Below the pieces are notes generated by a model. It had not been told where the DNA came from, ran no database searches, and saw only the letters and a program-made list of their open reading frames with translations. 64,000 nt of DNA from Leucoraja ocellata (Eukaryota): assembly GCA_036785375.1 (NCBI GenBank), contig JAWMAR010000054.1, positions 6,696,001 to 6,760,000 of the forward strand. The letters are read 5' to 3'. The position numbers and the translations under genes are program-made. Positions 62,778 through 64,000 of the stretch are shown in pieces (the stretch's first letter is position 1; each line of letters opens with the position of its first letter).

Positions 62778-63736
62778 AAAGCTACATGGGAGGTACAGAT
62801 TCGGCCACAGGTGGGGCAAGAGCTCGGGTAGGTTTGGGAAGTGATGTGCTCCTTTCACTGTAAATACTGGACTGCAACATGTTGTCACCATGGCAACTTA
62901 AGCTTCGAATACAACACAGGAGCAAGCCTTTTGGCCCACCACGTCCCTACCGACCATGATGCCAATCTAACTAGTCCCATCGACGTACATGGCCTCTATA
63001 CCTCTATACACTGCCTATTTGATATGTATTTGCACTGGAAACTGACTTAAAATAAGACTCTGAACACACCAGCAATTAACATGCTTTTTGTATTGTAATC
63101 GCCATCTTGAGTCTCTCTGCGCATGCGTACAATTGCACAAGACATTCCAATATGCTAATCATATTCTCATACACAACACTATTCATGGGTCTTTCCAAAT
63201 GTCTCTTAAATGTAGCTATCTAATCTTCTTCCACCATATCCCCAGGCAACATATCCAGGCACCCATCTGCCTGTGTAAAAAAAATACTTGCCTTTGCATA
63301 TCTCCTTTAAACTGCACCTCTCACCTTCTACTAAAGGCCTCTAGTATTTGTTACATTTTCTCCCGAGGGACAAGGCTGTGACTCTCTGCACTATTCACTT
63401 CTCTCATCATTTTATATAGATCTATCAGGTTGCCCCTCAGCCTCCGAATATCCAGCAAAAACATCCTAATTTGACAATGGAATATCAAATGTGCTTCATT
63501 GGTGTGAGTGGCCATGGACTGAATCATAGAACACAAAACATTGTAGCACAGCAACAGGCTCATTAACCCTCGACATCTGTGCTGAGTTAAACGTCTGCCA
63601 GCACTGTGCAATATCCCGTCTGCCAGCACCTGGTCAATATCCCTCCATCCCCTGCTTGTTCAAGTGCCCAACTCAATGAATGGGTGGGGATGTTTTACTT
63701 TCTCAAGGAAACTTTGAGAACACAGTTGTTTCTTTT

Positions 63737-64000
63737 GTCAAGTCAAGTCAAGTCAAGTCAAGTTTATTTGTCACATACACATACGAGATGTGCAGTGAAA
63801 TGAAAGTGGCAATGCTCGCGGACTTTTGTGCAAAAGACAAACAACAAAACAACCAAACAAATTATAAACACAATCATAACACACATATTCTTTTACATAA
63901 TAAATAGTGGAAGGAAAAACGTTCTGTAGAGTTAGTCCCTGGTGAGATAGGCGTTTACAGTCCGAATTGCCTCTGGGAAGAAACTCCTTCTCAACCTCTC
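63737..64000 (-). mobile_element. Rex1/Babar-like LINE 3' end, running off the window
   Basis: ERLRRSFFPEAIRTVN on the minus strand; tail seen as (TCAAG)n. Confidence 0.7.

Noticed and set aside
1-64000. CRISPR arrays, rRNA, true tRNA genes, prokaryotic operons
   Set aside because: None seen; the DNA is vertebrate and the tRNA-like boxes belong to SINE heads.

Overview
Vertebrate genomic DNA, almost certainly from a cartilaginous fish (skate/ray-like), judged by HER1-type CR1 LINE and HE1-type SINE signatures. I found no intact host protein-coding gene. The left end is a CpG-island promoter with two outward-facing ZNF143/SBS (ACTACA-type) motifs. The rest is AT-rich intronic or intergenic DNA packed with nested transposons: a very young Mag-type Gypsy provirus with an open gag-pol, an older degraded relative, CR1/HER1, L2, Rex1/Babar, Tx1, Vingi/Ingi and Penelope-like retroelements, hAT and other TIR MITEs, and a Helitron spanning an assembly gap. 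Two patterns stand out. (1) Three structurally different non-autonomous DNA transposons each carry a GC-rich host-gene fragment: a clear ZFP36/TIS11-family pseudogene inside a 1.3-kb TIR element, a SAC3D1-like exon end inside a Helitron, and a possible IMPA-like N-terminus inside a hAT MITE. (2) Two copies of a ~135-bp TSD-flanked, (GAA)n-tailed retroelement begin exactly with a minimal HDV/CPEB3-like ribozyme fold, although the catalytic C is replaced by G in both. All family assignments come from motif recognition by eye, not from database searches, and repeat boundaries without TSDs are approximate.
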